64,000 nt of DNA, taken from positions 565 to 64,564 of the forward strand of contig CAYNFQ010000003.1 of NCBI GenBank assembly GCA_964396715.1, given 5' to 3'. Source of the DNA: an uncultured Gammaproteobacteria bacterium (GTDB lineage: Bacteria > Patescibacteriota > Microgenomatia > Daviesbacterales > UBA10151). Below the pieces are notes generated by a model. It was not told the origin of the DNA, did no database searches, and saw only the letters and a program-made list of their open reading frames with translations. A program made the position numbers and the translations under genes. Of the stretch, positions 27,942 through 38,869 are shown in pieces; within the stretch, counting starts at the first letter, position 1; every line of letters starts with the position of its first letter.

Positions 27942-28712
27942 CTATGGGATTCGCCAGTCTGTTAAAACCTCCCCCTTTCCCTTTTCCACAACCACACTCA
28001 TCTCAAAAAGTCCGGCATAAGAGTGGTCCTCAGTGGAAAAAGTCCATCCGTCTTTTTCTAAAACTACCTCAGATCCACCTTTGGCATAAATTACCTCAAT
28101 GGCCAGAGTCATCCCTCTTTTTAACAGATGTCCTGCTCCTTTCTTTCCGTACCCGGGTATCTCAGGATCCTCGTGCAAACTCCTGCCCACGCCATGCCCA
28201 ACTAAACTTTTAACTATACTATATCCTGCTCCTTCTACTTTAGATTGAATTGCTGCTGAAATATCACCCACTCTATTCCCTGCGACTGCTTGTGCTATCC
28301 CCTCCTGCAATGCCTCTTCTCCAATTTCTAAAAATTTCTCTTTTTCCTCTCTAGCTTCCAGTTTCCAGTTTCCAGCATCTACTAATACACTCCATGCGCA
28401 ATCCGTATGCCAGCCTTTATACACAACCGCCAAATCAACAGACACTATATCACCTGCAACAAACTTTCTGGCAGTAGGTATTCCGTGTACCACCTGTTCA
28501 TTAACTGTGACACAGGTGGCGTAGTTATACCCGGGTACTGATTTATAAGATAAATCCCCACCCAAACGATAAATTTCCTCCTCAGCTAATTTATCCACCT
28601 CAAGCTCGCTTACTCCAACCTTAATAGCCTGCAGAGCTTTTTTCAAAGCCGATGCGGCAATTGCTCCAGACTTTCTCATTAAACTTAACTCATATGTGTT
28701 TCTTGATTTCAT
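27942..28712 (-). CDS. map: Methionine aminopeptidase type I
   Basis: NEQVVHGIP, GDIVSVD, GHGVG..LHEDP, LAIE. Confidence 0.96.
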   Translation of the reverse strand: MKSRNTYELSLMRKSGAIAASALKKALQAIKVGVSELEVDKLAEEEIYRLGGDLSYKSVPGYNYATCVTVNEQVVHGIPTARKFVAGDIVSVDLAVVYKGWHTDCAWSVLVDAGNWKLEAREEKEKFLEIGEEALQEGIAQAVAGNRVGDISAAIQSKVEGAGYSIVKSLVGHGVGRSLHEDPEIPGYGKKGAGHLLKRGMTLAIEVIYAKGGSEVVLEKDGWTFSTEDHSYAGLFEMSVVVEKGKGEVLTDWRIP

Positions 28713-29214
28713 CCTGGATCTTTTGTATATCTCCCGTTCCCCCAACTTCAACTAATATACCCTGACTGTTGTAGTAGTCTAGCAGTGGTTGGGTTTGTTT
28801 ATAATATAGATCCAACCTTCGTCTAATAAGTTCCTCTGTATCATCTGCTCTTCCTCTTAAAAGCAACCTTTTGATGACTGTTTCTTTGGGCACATTCAGA
28901 TAAATCACTTTATCAAACTCTGGATCAAACATATTGAGCTGTTCCAAAGTCCTAGGATAACCATCCATCACAAAACCATTTTTACAATCTTCCTCACTTA
29001 CTCTTTTTCTAACTATTTCTGCAGTAGTCTGGTCATCCACCAGCTGGCCGGAATCCAGGATATTTTTAATTCTTCTCCCCTCATCAGAACCTTCTTCTCT
29101 TATTCTTCTAAAAATATCCCCTGTTGATATTTTAGGAACTCCCGAATGCTGAGCCAGCAGATCTGCCTGTGTAGATTTACCGCTGCCTTGCGGGCCAATC
29201 AGTAAAATTTTCAT
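28690..29214 (-). CDS. adk: Adenylate kinase (short form)
   Basis: GPQGSGKSTQA, STGDIFR, DGYPRT, R.DD. Confidence 0.97.
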   Translation of the reverse strand: MKILLIGPQGSGKSTQADLLAQHSGVPKISTGDIFRRIREEGSDEGRRIKNILDSGQLVDDQTTAEIVRKRVSEEDCKNGFVMDGYPRTLEQLNMFDPEFDKVIYLNVPKETVIKRLLLRGRADDTEELIRRRLDLYYKQTQPLLDYYNSQGILVEVGGTGDIQKIQDEIKKHI

Positions 29215-29254
29215 TCTGCCATTATATCAGCAATCTGTTATAATTAGTATTACT

Positions 29255-29488
29255 ATGAACAGGGATCTTACAGAAAAAACATTACATTCTCTTCTTTCAG
29301 GTTCTCATCCTTTGGCTAAAAAATATGCTGGAAAACAGGTCTTTGTAGTAGATAAAGAGATTATACCTATTGGAAGAAGTACAAAATCCTTGTCTGATTT
29401 TAAACAACTAAAGATAAAACATGGTAAATCACCTGTCGCTGTTTTTGTTCCTCAGCCTGGAGCATCATATATACTTATCCTCAAATGA
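29255..29488 (+). CDS. Small protein (DUF5678-like), partner of the aspartyl protease
   Basis: KKYAGKQV.VVD..I pattern; overlaps the next gene by 4 nt. Confidence 0.55.
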   Translation: MNRDLTEKTLHSLLSGSHPLAKKYAGKQVFVVDKEIIPIGRSTKSLSDFKQLKIKHGKSPVAVFVPQPGASYILILK

Positions 29489-29895
29489 AGATATTATCCT
29501 CTCCTTTTAGTTTCAAAGGAGATGGTTATTTAGGTAAAATCTATCGGCCCTATATTCAGATACTGATCTCTTCAGATAAAATTGATGAATGGATTCCTAC
29601 AGAAATGATTGTTGACACAGGTGCTGACTATACTCTTTTTCCAAAAAGATATGCTGGATTTTTAGGAATCAATCTCAATAAGGAATGTAAAATGGAAAAA
29701 ACCCAAGGTGTGGGAGGACAAGAAAAAATTTACCTTTGTAAAAAAGGTGTTTTTATAAAAATTGGAGAGTTTAAGCAAGAAATTCCTGTAGGCTTTTTAA
29801 ACAGGGATAATATCCCTTCACTCCTAGGAAGATTGCAAGCTTTAGAAGTCTTAACTCTGACTATGAAAGATAAAACAACAAAATTTGAGATATAG
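29485..29895 (+). CDS. Retropepsin-like aspartyl protease
   Basis: IYRP, IVDTGADYT and LLGR motifs. Confidence 0.85.
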   Translation: MKILSSPFSFKGDGYLGKIYRPYIQILISSDKIDEWIPTEMIVDTGADYTLFPKRYAGFLGINLNKECKMEKTQGVGGQEKIYLCKKGVFIKIGEFKQEIPVGFLNRDNIPSLLGRLQALEVLTLTMKDKTTKFEI

Positions 29896-29969
29896 TCGTA
29901 CAAGCAATTGGCATAAAGTTTGTGCGGACACCTTGAAGGTGTCAAGCTAAATTTCTTTTATTAAGGATT

Positions 29970-30584
29970 TTATTTTGAAGGAGAACTTTTTTGTTGCAAC
30001 TCCTGAAACCTTCTTCCAAGTGCATCAGATTTTAAATAATCCTTATAGGACTGCACACCTTCTGCTAATCCCTTTGATGAGTCAAACTCTGTTTTCAATC
30101 TTGTTTGGTCATTTGTCCCTAAAGCATCAAAAATACCTTTTTGTGTTGTTATCCTATTCGATATACTATGTATTTGACCCATATCAACTCCTATATTTAA
30201 ATAGATAATATTTCCATATCCATCATCCCATTGAGCAATCATTGATTCTGCCATTTCTTCGCTAGTTAACCTTTTTCCTGCCAGGACAGCTTGTTTTATA
30301 GCTTCACTATCTGTAACATGTCCTAATGGTTTAGGACTATGGACTACTTGTTCATGAATTCTATCTAATTCTGCTTTTACGGCTTGATGTTCTGCAGCAA
30401 CAGTTGCTTCAAGCCCGAGACGGAATCGTTCGCCCTGAGCAGTTAAGGCTTCTTTAAGCTTAGCATTTGCTGCTTCTCCTTCTCTTTTGATACGATCTAT
30501 TTCTGCCTGTTCTTTTTCAGAAGGTTTCATCCCCAGAAAGCCATGAATTCTGCCAATTAAGTCTGGTGGTTCTTTATCTGCCAT
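29970..30584 (-). CDS. Hypothetical protein
   Basis: 204-aa ORF with TATAAT directly upstream; inserted between secY and adk. Confidence 0.6.
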   Translation of the reverse strand: MADKEPPDLIGRIHGFLGMKPSEKEQAEIDRIKREGEAANAKLKEALTAQGERFRLGLEATVAAEHQAVKAELDRIHEQVVHSPKPLGHVTDSEAIKQAVLAGKRLTSEEMAESMIAQWDDGYGNIIYLNIGVDMGQIHSISNRITTQKGIFDALGTNDQTRLKTEFDSSKGLAEGVQSYKDYLKSDALGRRFQELQQKSSPSK

Positions 30585-30614
30585 GAAAAAATTATATCAT
30601 AATTCAAATTAAAC

Positions 30615-31907
30615 TTATCTTCTTGCAAAAACTTCATAACTTCTTTCAATCAACTTACTTTCAAATTGCTTGGCAGTATCCATAATGACTGACACCACAA
30701 TCAACAGCCCTGTGCCGCCCAAAATCAAGGTGGTAATGCCTGTTAAGTTAGATGCAATAGAGGGCAGTATTGCTATAGCTCCCAAAAACAAGGCCCCGAA
30801 TAAGGTAATTCTCACCATGATGTAGTTTAAAAAAGCTGCTGTTTGTATGCCCGGCCTGATGCCGGGAATAAATCCGCCGTACTTTTTGATTTCATCGGAA
30901 ACTTTTGTCGGATTAAAAATAACCGCAGTGTAAAAGTAGGTAAACCCGACCACTAACGCAAAATATACCAAATTATAGGTAAAAGCGCTGGGATTAAAAT
31001 TAGCTGCCAGCCACCTGCCCAAAAAAGAAAGCTGCGGTTGGGTAACTTGGGCCAGATATGATCCTGCAAAGGAAGGCACCAAAACCAAAGACACAGCAAA
31101 AATTATGGGGATCACTCCTGCCTGATTTACCCGCAAGGGGATGTATGTTTGAGCCCCGGATCTTTCACCTTTATCTCCGATCACCCTTCTGGCATATTGA
31201 ACCGTTATTTGCCTTCTGCCCTCATTCACAAAGACCACGCCGGCAGTGACTACAATTCCCAAACTGGCGAAAATTAATATATTAATCAATTGGGTCTGAT
31301 CAACCAAAGTAGCAGTTTGGGTAAAAACCACCGGCAAACGGGAAACTATTCCTGCAAAAATCAAAAGAGATATACCATTACCTATTCCATATTCGGTGAT
31401 CAGCTCCCCCAGCCACATCAAAAATATAGTGCCTGCGCTCAACCCCACAACTATAGCAGCAATTTGTATTGGGGCAATTTGATCAACAACGCCCTGATTT
31501 CTTAAGAGTACAAACATACCAATGGCTTGTATGGCTGCCAGAGGTATACTCAAATATCTGGTATACTGGTTAATCATCTGCCTGCCGTATTCTCCTTCTT
31601 TGGATAATGCTTCCAGTTTCGGCATTATCATGGTTAAAAGCTGCATGATGATTGAGGCATTAATATAAGGGTTCAATCCCAAAGAAATTACCGAGAAATT
31701 AACCAATGTTCCCCCTGAAAATATATCCAGCAGCCCCAAAAATTGGTTTGAGGCAAACAGTTGCTGGAGCGCCACAAGATCCACCCCTGAAACAGGAATA
31801 TGCGCCACAATTCTGAAAATTATGACAAGTATCAAAGTGATGATGATTTTTCTTCGCAGTTCGGGAATTTTAAATGCCTTAAATATGGGGGCAAGAATGT
31901 CAGACAT
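30615..31907 (-). CDS. secY: Preprotein translocase SecY
   Basis: [45 protein letters not shown]. Confidence 0.99.
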   Translation of the reverse strand: MSDILAPIFKAFKIPELRRKIIITLILVIIFRIVAHIPVSGVDLVALQQLFASNQFLGLLDIFSGGTLVNFSVISLGLNPYINASIIMQLLTMIMPKLEALSKEGEYGRQMINQYTRYLSIPLAAIQAIGMFVLLRNQGVVDQIAPIQIAAIVVGLSAGTIFLMWLGELITEYGIGNGISLLIFAGIVSRLPVVFTQTATLVDQTQLINILIFASLGIVVTAGVVFVNEGRRQITVQYARRVIGDKGERSGAQTYIPLRVNQAGVIPIIFAVSLVLVPSFAGSYLAQVTQPQLSFLGRWLAANFNPSAFTYNLVYFALVVGFTYFYTAVIFNPTKVSDEIKKYGGFIPGIRPGIQTAAFLNYIMVRITLFGALFLGAIAILPSIASNLTGITTLILGGTGLLIVVSVIMDTAKQFESKLIERSYEVFARR

Positions 31908-32331
31908 ATTCCACCTTTCCGCCTTTTTCTTCTATTTTCTTTTTTGCTCTTTGGGAAACAGGCAGTCTCACAGTCAAAGATACATTAATTTCCCCATTGC
32001 CTAAAATTTTTACTCCTTTTTTCGCATCTTTTTCCTTGATCAGCCCCAGCTTTAGTAACTGCTCGATATCCACAATGGTTTTAGCTTTAAGTTTCCCCAA
32101 GTCCGCCAGATTTACCACAGAAAATTTGTCTGAAACCTGAGGGTTGCCTAAACCCCTTCTTAAGGGTAATTTTTTATACAGGTTGTTGCCGGAAAATGCC
32201 ACAGTTAGCTTACCCCTGCTCTTTTGTCCCTTAGTGCCCCGTCCTGCAGTCTTGCCCAATCCGGAACCAATACCACGGCCTACCCGTTTGTTACCTTTTC
32301 CTTTACTTTTAATCAGTTTATGTAGTTTCAT
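31900..32331 (-). CDS. rplO: 50S ribosomal protein L15
   Basis: [22 protein letters not shown]. Confidence 0.97.
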   Translation of the reverse strand: MKLHKLIKSKGKGNKRVGRGIGSGLGKTAGRGTKGQKSRGKLTVAFSGNNLYKKLPLRRGLGNPQVSDKFSVVNLADLGKLKAKTIVDIEQLLKLGLIKEKDAKKGVKILGNGEINVSLTVRLPVSQRAKKKIEEKGGKVEYV

Positions 32332-32804
32332 ACGGATCTTAACTGACTTAGTGCCTCCATTGTGGCGTAAACATTTGATGCTTTATTTTTGGTTCCCAGA
32401 GATTTGGAAACTATATCGTGAATGCCGGCAGCCTCAACCACCACCCGCACCGCTCCTCCGGCAATCACACCCGTACCAGTTGGAGCGGGTTTGAGTAAAA
32501 CTTTGGCGGCGCCGTTTTTAATCAAAACCTGGTGAGGAATAGTTCTATCCTTAAGAGGCACTGTAATCAAATGTTTTTTTGCATAAGTTGTGGCTTTTCT
32601 GACAGCTGATTGAACCTCAGAGGCTTTGCCCAAGCCTACCCCCACTTTTCCCTTTCTATCTCCAACAACTACCAAAACCGACAGAGATCTCTTATCTCCT
32701 CCTTTGGTTTTTTTGGAAACTCTGTTTACCTGAACCACTCTTTCAAAGTACTCCTGCAATTCTGTATTTATTGGTTGATTATTGATATTTGACACATTTG
32801 ACAT
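32328..32804 (-). CDS. rpsE: 30S ribosomal protein S5
   Basis: [19 protein letters not shown]. Confidence 0.97.
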   Translation of the reverse strand: MSNVSNINNQPINTELQEYFERVVQVNRVSKKTKGGDKRSLSVLVVVGDRKGKVGVGLGKASEVQSAVRKATTYAKKHLITVPLKDRTIPHQVLIKNGAAKVLLKPAPTGTGVIAGGAVRVVVEAAGIHDIVSKSLGTKNKASNVYATMEALSQLRSV

Positions 32805-32825
32805 TTGAAATTTGAAATTAGAAAT

Positions 32826-33158
32826 TTAAAATTCTAACCCTCCTTCTCTGGCCCCTTTGGCAACCTGGGCTATTCTACCATGATACAAAAATCCGCCTCT
32901 GTCAAAAACTACCTTTTTGATCTTGTTCTTTAATGCTTTTTCAGCTAAAGTCTTGCCTGTCTGATATGCTTTCTCCATCTTTTTGCCATCCATCTTTACA
33001 TCAGAGAAAGAAACTAAAGTTTTACCAATCTCATCATCTATAATCTGAGCATAGATATGCTGATTAGATCTAAATACAGCTAACCTGGGGCATTCTTTGG
33101 TACCCCCGATCTTCCTTCTTATTTTCTGATGTCTTTTTTCCCTTAATACTGAATACAT
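32826..33158 (-). CDS. rplR: 50S ribosomal protein L18
   Basis: [23 protein letters not shown]. Confidence 0.97.
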   Translation of the reverse strand: MYSVLREKRHQKIRRKIGGTKECPRLAVFRSNQHIYAQIIDDEIGKTLVSFSDVKMDGKKMEKAYQTGKTLAEKALKNKIKKVVFDRGGFLYHGRIAQVAKGAREGGLEF

Positions 33159-33169
33159 AATACTTAATA

Positions 33170-33736
33170 CTATTTCGCTCCTCCTGCTTGGACTGTCCCT
33201 ACTTTGGCGCTCTTTCCCACCTTCTTTCTGATATATTCACCCTCAAATCTGATTCCTTTACCCTTATAAACATCGGGGATTCTCACCTTCTTGATATTGG
33301 CGGCAATTTGTCCCACTAATTGTTTATCAATACCCATCACTTTAATTTTGGTATTATCTGCTACCTCAAAGGCAATCCCCGCAGGTGCTACAATCTCCAC
33401 CTGATGGGAATAACCCACATTTAAAACTAACTTGTCTCCGGCAACTTGGGCCCTAAACCCAACACCAACAAGTTCCAAGTTTTTACTCCAGCCCTCTGTC
33501 ACACCCAAAACCATATTGGCAGTTAAATTTCTAAATAGCCCATGCAGGGCTTTATTTCTTTTTAGGTCATTTTTCCTTTTAACCAAAACTTGATCTCCTG
33601 CTATCTCAACCTTAATTCCAGGCGCTACAGTGATGCTAAGATGCCCCTTGGGACCATTCACCATCAAATTAGCCCCATCTTTTTGAATGGTTACTCCCGG
33701 TGGTATGGTGATGGGTGCTGCTCCTATTCTACTCAT
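33170..33736 (-). CDS. rplF: 50S ribosomal protein L6
   Basis: MSRIG..PI, YKGKGIR. Confidence 0.98.
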   Translation of the reverse strand: MSRIGAAPITIPPGVTIQKDGANLMVNGPKGHLSITVAPGIKVEIAGDQVLVKRKNDLKRNKALHGLFRNLTANMVLGVTEGWSKNLELVGVGFRAQVAGDKLVLNVGYSHQVEIVAPAGIAFEVADNTKIKVMGIDKQLVGQIAANIKKVRIPDVYKGKGIRFEGEYIRKKVGKSAKVGTVQAGGAK

Positions 33737-33743
33737 ATGTTAC

Positions 33744-34121
33744 TTACCAGATTAATGCCAGTACCTCCCCTCCTACTTTGGCTGCTCTTGCCTGATTGTC
33801 AGTCATCAAACCCTTGGGCGTTGAAATTACCGCTATACCCAAACCATTTAATACTCTTGGCAGATCTTTAACACCTTTGTAAATTCTTAAAGAAGGTTTT
33901 GACACTCTTTCTATCTCGGTAATGGCAGGTTTTCTTAAATGATATTTTAAGATCACTTTAATCTCTCTGTCTTTATGTGAAACACTTTCAATGTAGCCTT
34001 CTTTTTTAAGGAGCTGTATCAGTTTAAGAATCAGTTTTGAATACCTGAGCAAAACCTGCTCTTTACCAACCTGATAGCCATTTTTTATTCTTATCAGCGC
34101 ATCTGCCACAGGATCATTCAT
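33744..34121 (-). CDS. rpsH: 30S ribosomal protein S8
   Basis: DPVAD.L.RI.N, RVSKP..RIY, GGEVL..IW. Confidence 0.98.
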   Translation of the reverse strand: MNDPVADALIRIKNGYQVGKEQVLLRYSKLILKLIQLLKKEGYIESVSHKDREIKVILKYHLRKPAITEIERVSKPSLRIYKGVKDLPRVLNGLGIAVISTPKGLMTDNQARAAKVGGEVLALIW

Positions 34122-34122
34122 A

Positions 34123-34302
34123 TTACCAGCTCGCTTTCTTCACACCCGGCAATGCACCGACGTGTGCCAGCTCTCTGAAACAAAGCCTGCAAAGCCCGAA
34201 TTTTCTCAAATATGATCTTGCCCTACCGCACTTCATACAGCGGTTTTTCTTTTGTACTTCATATTTAAACTTCTTTTTTACAATATTTGATACTTTAGCC
34301 AT
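34123..34302 (-). CDS. rpsN: 30S ribosomal protein S14 (Zn-binding type)
   Basis: [25 protein letters not shown]. Confidence 0.97.
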   Translation of the reverse strand: MAKVSNIVKKKFKYEVQKKNRCMKCGRARSYLRKFGLCRLCFRELAHVGALPGVKKASW

Positions 34303-34303
34303 A

Positions 34304-34849
34304 TTAACTCCTAAACGGCATTCCCAATGCCTCAAGTAATTTTTTACCCGCTTCGCGATTTTTGGCCGTGGTGGTAATGGTGACAGCCAACCCCCGCACT
34401 TTATCTATGATTTTATAATCCACTTCAGGAAAAATAATCTGTTCCCGCAGTCCTAAGTTTAAATTTCCGGAATGGTCAAAAGAGTTGGCAGACACTCCCT
34501 TAAAATCCCGCACTTTTGGTAAAACTATATTGATAAATTTATCCAAAAAAGCGTACATTTTCTCACCCCGCAATATGACCATGATTCCAACAGGCTGACC
34601 TTTGGCTACTTTAAATGAGGCAATTGATTTTTTTGCATACGTTACCAGAGGCAGTTGTCCGCTCAATGCTGAGAGGTAAACCTTCACCTTTTCCAAAATC
34701 CCGCTGTTGTCTTTGGCCTCTCCCAGCCCCATGCTGATGACGATTTTTTCCACTTTTGGCACTGCCATAATATTTTTAAGCCCCAAATCCATCCTTAATT
34801 TATTTTTTATTTCTTTAAGATATTTTTCTTTTAACCTTTGCATAATCAC
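34304..34849 (-). CDS. rplE: 50S ribosomal protein L5
   Basis: [27 protein letters not shown]. Confidence 0.97.
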   Translation of the reverse strand: MIMQRLKEKYLKEIKNKLRMDLGLKNIMAVPKVEKIVISMGLGEAKDNSGILEKVKVYLSALSGQLPLVTYAKKSIASFKVAKGQPVGIMVILRGEKMYAFLDKFINIVLPKVRDFKGVSANSFDHSGNLNLGLREQIIFPEVDYKIIDKVRGLAVTITTTAKNREAGKKLLEALGMPFRS

Positions 34850-35151
34850 TTAATCTCCTTTGTGCACTTTTTACATATTCTCATCTTACTTGTACCTGCT
34901 ATCTGGTATCCCACCCTGGTCACTTTTTGGCAATTTGGGCAAATTAATCCCACGTTGGATATATTCATCGGTTTGGGAATATCAATAATACCTCCCTGGG
35001 TATCTCCCATTTTTCTGACATGCCTTTTGTAAAGATTTGCCCCTTCCACAAACACTCTGCCCTTCTTTGCCAAAACATATGCCACACTACCCTCTTTCCC
35101 TCTATCTTTACCAAGTAAAATTTTTACCTTGTCCCCCTTTTTGATTTTCAT
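34846..35151 (-). CDS. rplX: 50S ribosomal protein L24
   Basis: KIKKGD.V..L.GKD.GK.G KOW motif; ISNV. Confidence 0.97.
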   Translation of the reverse strand: MKIKKGDKVKILLGKDRGKEGSVAYVLAKKGRVFVEGANLYKRHVRKMGDTQGGIIDIPKPMNISNVGLICPNCQKVTRVGYQIAGTSKMRICKKCTKEIK

Positions 35152-35167
35152 AGTGAGCGTAGTCGAA

Positions 35168-35536
35168 CTACCATACCTCCTGTGCTAAAGAAATAATCTT
35201 AGTAAAACCCTTATCTCTAACCTCTCTGGCAATCGGGCCAAAAATTCTGGTTGCGCGCAAATTTCCATCATCATCCACTACAACGCCTGCATTATCATCA
35301 AACTTTATGTAAGAACCATCAGAGCGCCTGAGTTCTTTTTTAGTCCTGACTATGACAGTTTTGACAATCTCATGATCTTTAACCTGACCATTAGGATCAG
35401 CTCCTTTAACCACTGCCACCACCAGTTGTCCCAAAGTGGCTTTTCTTTTACCGGATCCGCCTAAAGGTTGGATCACCTGCAAGGCTTTGGCTCCGCTATT
35501 ATCTGCAACTGTCAGTCTAGTCCTGTGTTGAACCAT
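35168..35536 (-). CDS. rplN: 50S ribosomal protein L14
   Basis: VADNSGA, R.DG..I.FDDNA, TRIFGP.ARE. Confidence 0.98.
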   Translation of the reverse strand: MVQHRTRLTVADNSGAKALQVIQPLGGSGKRKATLGQLVVAVVKGADPNGQVKDHEIVKTVIVRTKKELRRSDGSYIKFDDNAGVVVDDDGNLRATRIFGPIAREVRDKGFTKIISLAQEVW

Positions 35537-35592
35537 AAAGTTAGGGAATAGTGAATAGGGTTTAGTGATTAGTCGAAATCACAAATCTTAAG

Positions 35593-36048
35593 CTATTCCT
35601 TACCTCCTTTCTCTATCTTTGAAGAAGATTTTATTTTTTTTACTGGTTTTTCTTTAATTTTTTCTGACTGTTTACTGTCCACTGTACCCTGCCGCCTTTG
35701 GCGAGCCTCGTCTTTGACGGGTTCACTTGCTTTGTCCTCCGGCATTACCTGCCTGCCGGCAGGCACGGCCTCAGCAATCACCTCTTCTGCTGCCATCTTC
35801 TGCTCAGCCTCAACAATTTCTGCTAAATTTTTGCCGACAACTTTGGTAATTTTGAAATGTTTATTCTTAGATACCGGCTTGCATTTTATGATCTCCACTA
35901 TATCTCCGTCTTTCACTCCAATAGAATCATCCGCTAAGTATTTTTTAGTTCTAATAAATGTTTTTTTATACAGGGGGTGGGCAGCTACTCGCTCCACAAT
36001 GACCGTGGCTGTATTTTGTAATTTTGTTGATGTCACCCTACCAATCAT
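35593..36048 (-). CDS. rpsQ: 30S ribosomal protein S17 with a repeat-derived C-terminal extension
   Basis: G.V.S.K...T.TV, HPLYKK, GD.V.I..CKP.SK.K. Confidence 0.96.
   Translation of the reverse strand: MIGRVTSTKLQNTATVIVERVAAHPLYKKTFIRTKKYLADDSIGVKDGDIVEIIKCKPVSKNKHFKITKVVGKNLAEIVEAEQKMAAEEVIAEAVPAGRQVMPEDKASEPVKDEARQRRQGTVDSKQSEKIKEKPVKKIKSSSKIEKGGKE
35690..35766. repeat. Two palindromic elements in frame in rpsQ (32-bp element and CCTGCCTGCCGGCAGGCAC)
   Basis: Encode PVKDEARQRRQ and VPAGRQV. Confidence 0.88.
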
Positions 36049-36350
36049 TATTTTCTACCTCCATTTTTTCGGTTATCAGTCTGTGGTTTGCGGTCTTCAG
36101 ATTGACCGACAACTGATTTACTTTGACCTGACAACTGAGAACTTAGAACTGATAACTGTTCTTTCTGTCTTAATATGGTCAAAACCCGTGCCAAATCTTT
36201 TTTCTTTTTATTAACTTGTTTTAAATCCTGTAATTTTTTCATATTTTTATCCATCGTCAGATCTGCAATTTCTTTTTTGAAAGCTGTGATCTTCTCTTTT
36301 AACTCTTTTACATCCAATCCTTTAATCTGCGTCAGTTCATTTTTTTTCAT
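36048..36350 (-). CDS. rpmC: 50S ribosomal protein L29 with extension
   Basis: EL...I...KK, KK..AR.LT.L; position between rplP and rpsQ. Confidence 0.92.
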   Translation of the reverse strand: MKKNELTQIKGLDVKELKEKITAFKKEIADLTMDKNMKKLQDLKQVNKKKKDLARVLTILRQKEQLSVLSSQLSGQSKSVVGQSEDRKPQTDNRKNGGRK

Positions 36351-36766
36351 ACATTGCCTTTCTCCACAAATTTAGTCTCTACAGGCAGTTTGTGTGAGGC
36401 TAACCTTAATGCTTCTTCTGCAACATCTCTTGTCACAGCTCCCATTTCAAAAATCAGAGTCCCTGGTTTGACCACTGCCACATATCCTTCCACATCCCCT
36501 TTTCCGGAGCCCATTCTTGATTCGGCCGGGTGTTTGGTAACCGGTTTGTCGGGAAAAACCCTAATCCAAATACGCCCGCCCCGCTGAGTATAATGAGCCA
36601 TGGCCCGTCTGGCTGCTTCCAGTTGCCTTGAGGAAAGCCAGCCGGCTGCCATAGCTTTTATGCCAAAGGTGCCAAAAGATAGGGTGTTGCCGCGTGTGGC
36701 AATCCCTCCCCTTTTACCTTTAAAAGCCTTCCTATGTTTGCTTCTTTTTGGTTGTAGCAGTGCCAT
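36347..36766 (-). CDS. rplP: 50S ribosomal protein L16
   Basis: [23 protein letters not shown]. Confidence 0.98.
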   Translation of the reverse strand: MALLQPKRSKHRKAFKGKRGGIATRGNTLSFGTFGIKAMAAGWLSSRQLEAARRAMAHYTQRGGRIWIRVFPDKPVTKHPAESRMGSGKGDVEGYVAVVKPGTLIFEMGAVTRDVAEEALRLASHKLPVETKFVEKGNV

Positions 36767-37407
36767 TAAATCTCTACCTCCCCTTTGTTAATCCATACTT
36801 TAACGCCTACATATCCTGATTTTGTTAAAGCCGGATAGACCGTAAAATCAATGTTTGCTCTCAAGGTATGCAATGGCATTGTTCCTTGAGCCTTCCGCTC
36901 ACGCCTGGCAATTTCCGCTCCGCCAATTCTGCCTGATAAAACAATCCGCACACCTTTGGCCCCGGCCCTCATCACTCTTTCAATTGATTGGTTCATCACT
37001 CTTTGAGCAGGCAATCTTCTGGCAAGCTGTTCCGCCACAGACTGGGCAACCAAGTAAGAGGAAAGGTCTGCAGATTTTAACTCCATCGGGGCAATTTCCA
37101 GACTGTTTTCATCTTTAATTTTTAACTCCTTCATTAAAAATTTCTTCAGTTCTGTTAAACCGCTTCCTCCTCTGCCGATTAAAATCCCCGGGCGGGACAC
37201 AAAAATTATCACCTTCAATTTATTGACCGCCCTCTCAATTTCCACTGACTGAATTCCGGCAGGCCTTAATTTTTTCATCAAAAGCTCTCTAATTTTGATA
37301 TCCTCCAAAACATTCTGTCTGTATCTTGCTCCATGCGCATACCATCTTGATTTCCAAGAAGTTCCAATACCCATTCTAAAACCAACCGGATGAATTTTTT
37401 GTCCCAT
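36766..37407 (-). CDS. rpsC: 30S ribosomal protein S3
   Basis: [29 protein letters not shown]. Confidence 0.98.
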   Translation of the reverse strand: MGQKIHPVGFRMGIGTSWKSRWYAHGARYRQNVLEDIKIRELLMKKLRPAGIQSVEIERAVNKLKVIIFVSRPGILIGRGGSGLTELKKFLMKELKIKDENSLEIAPMELKSADLSSYLVAQSVAEQLARRLPAQRVMNQSIERVMRAGAKGVRIVLSGRIGGAEIARRERKAQGTMPLHTLRANIDFTVYPALTKSGYVGVKVWINKGEVEI

Positions 37408-37800
37408 CTACTTTTCCTCCTTTTTTTCTGCTTTTTCAGTTTTGACATTTGACATTTGAGATTTGAGATTTAAATCGTCCGTTAGGACGATTTTAATATG
37501 ACTCATTCTTCTTTTGAATGGCTTGACTCTGCCTCTGGTGCCTGCTCTAAATCTCCTCATCTTCATACTTTCATCAACCTCCAGTTTTTTGAAAACCACC
37601 TTATCTGCATCTAATCCTGCAACTTTGGCATTTGCCAAAACTGTTTCCATGGCTTTTTCCAGATCTTTTGCAGCATATTTTGGTGTGACTCTAAGTATTG
37701 CCAAAGCCTGACTGGGGTTCATCTTTCGCACCAGATCAGCCACCAACCTCAATTTCCGAGGTGAGGTGTGTATATATCGTTGTATTGTTTGTATTTCCAT
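37408..37800 (-). CDS. rplV: 50S ribosomal protein L22
   Basis: SPRKLRLVADL.R, SHI.IVL. Confidence 0.97.
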   Translation of the reverse strand: MEIQTIQRYIHTSPRKLRLVADLVRKMNPSQALAILRVTPKYAAKDLEKAMETVLANAKVAGLDADKVVFKKLEVDESMKMRRFRAGTRGRVKPFKRRMSHIKIVLTDDLNLKSQMSNVKTEKAEKKEEK

Positions 37801-37813
37801 AAATACTGAAAAA

Positions 37814-38101
37814 TTACGTCTTCGCCGTAGATTTTTCAGTCACCTTTCCATGACCGTGGAATTTTCTGGTCGGCGCAAATTCACCTAAGTAGTGACCTAC
37901 CATAGACTCTGACACAAATACAGTGACAAAGTTTTTCCCCTGATGAATTAAAAATGTATGTCCCACAAACTCAGGGGGGATTTGCGACCTTCTGGCCCAG
38001 GTTTTTATTGGATCTTTTTTACCAGCAGCCCCTTTTTGCTTCATTACTTTCTCAAGTAATTTTGCATCAATATATGGTCCTTTTTTAGTTGATCTGCTCA
38101 T
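37814..38101 (-). CDS. rpsS: 30S ribosomal protein S19
   Basis: [29 protein letters not shown]. Confidence 0.98.
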   Translation of the reverse strand: MSRSTKKGPYIDAKLLEKVMKQKGAAGKKDPIKTWARRSQIPPEFVGHTFLIHQGKNFVTVFVSESMVGHYLGEFAPTRKFHGHGKVTEKSTAKT

Positions 38102-38868
38102 TACTTTCTCCTTTTCAAAATATATTTGTTGGTCCATTTCTTTTTATTTCTGGTTTTACCAACAGCAGGACGGCCGTATTTGGTCATTGGCCTTTTTCTG
38201 CCAATTCCGGACCTTCCTTCTCCTCCTCCATGAGGATGGGAATCCGGATCCTGAGCCACACCTCTAACAGTCGGTCTAATGCCCATATGTCTCATTCTGC
38301 CTGCTTTTCCTATCACTCTTGCCCTAAACTCTTCATTCCCTAAAACCCCCACAGTTGCCAAAGATTGCAAAGGTACCATTCTAATCTCTCCGGAAGGCAA
38401 TTTCAAATGAGCAAATCCACCTTCCTTGGCAAGAAGCTGCAAAGCAACTCCCGCAGATCTGCCCAGCTGCCCGCCCCTTCCAGGAACGAGTTCTACATTA
38501 TGCACCAGGGTGCCCACAGTTAAATTCTTTAACTGCATTGCATTGCCCGCTCTTGCCTCCACTTTTTCACCTGATTCAACTTTATCTCCAACTTGCAACC
38601 TTGATGGAGCAAGTATGTACCTAAACTCCCCATCCGTATATTTAATTAGAGCAATACCAACATTTCTATTTGGATCATAGTCTACTGAAACAACCTCACC
38701 TGAAATTCCAAACTTATCTCTTGTAAAATCAATTTCCCGCCAGTATCTTTTGTGTCTGCCGCCCTGACTGCGCACTGTCACCATTCCACCAGCTGATCTT
38801 CCAGAGTGTTTCTTAAGTAATGTTTTTAAATTTTTTATTGTTAACTTGTTACTTGTTACTTGTGCCAT
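38101..38868 (-). CDS. rplB: 50S ribosomal protein L2
   Basis: [25 protein letters not shown]. Confidence 0.98.
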   Translation of the reverse strand: MAQVTSNKLTIKNLKTLLKKHSGRSAGGMVTVRSQGGRHKRYWREIDFTRDKFGISGEVVSVDYDPNRNVGIALIKYTDGEFRYILAPSRLQVGDKVESGEKVEARAGNAMQLKNLTVGTLVHNVELVPGRGGQLGRSAGVALQLLAKEGGFAHLKLPSGEIRMVPLQSLATVGVLGNEEFRARVIGKAGRMRHMGIRPTVRGVAQDPDSHPHGGGEGRSGIGRKRPMTKYGRPAVGKTRNKKKWTNKYILKRRK

Positions 38869-38869
38869 G

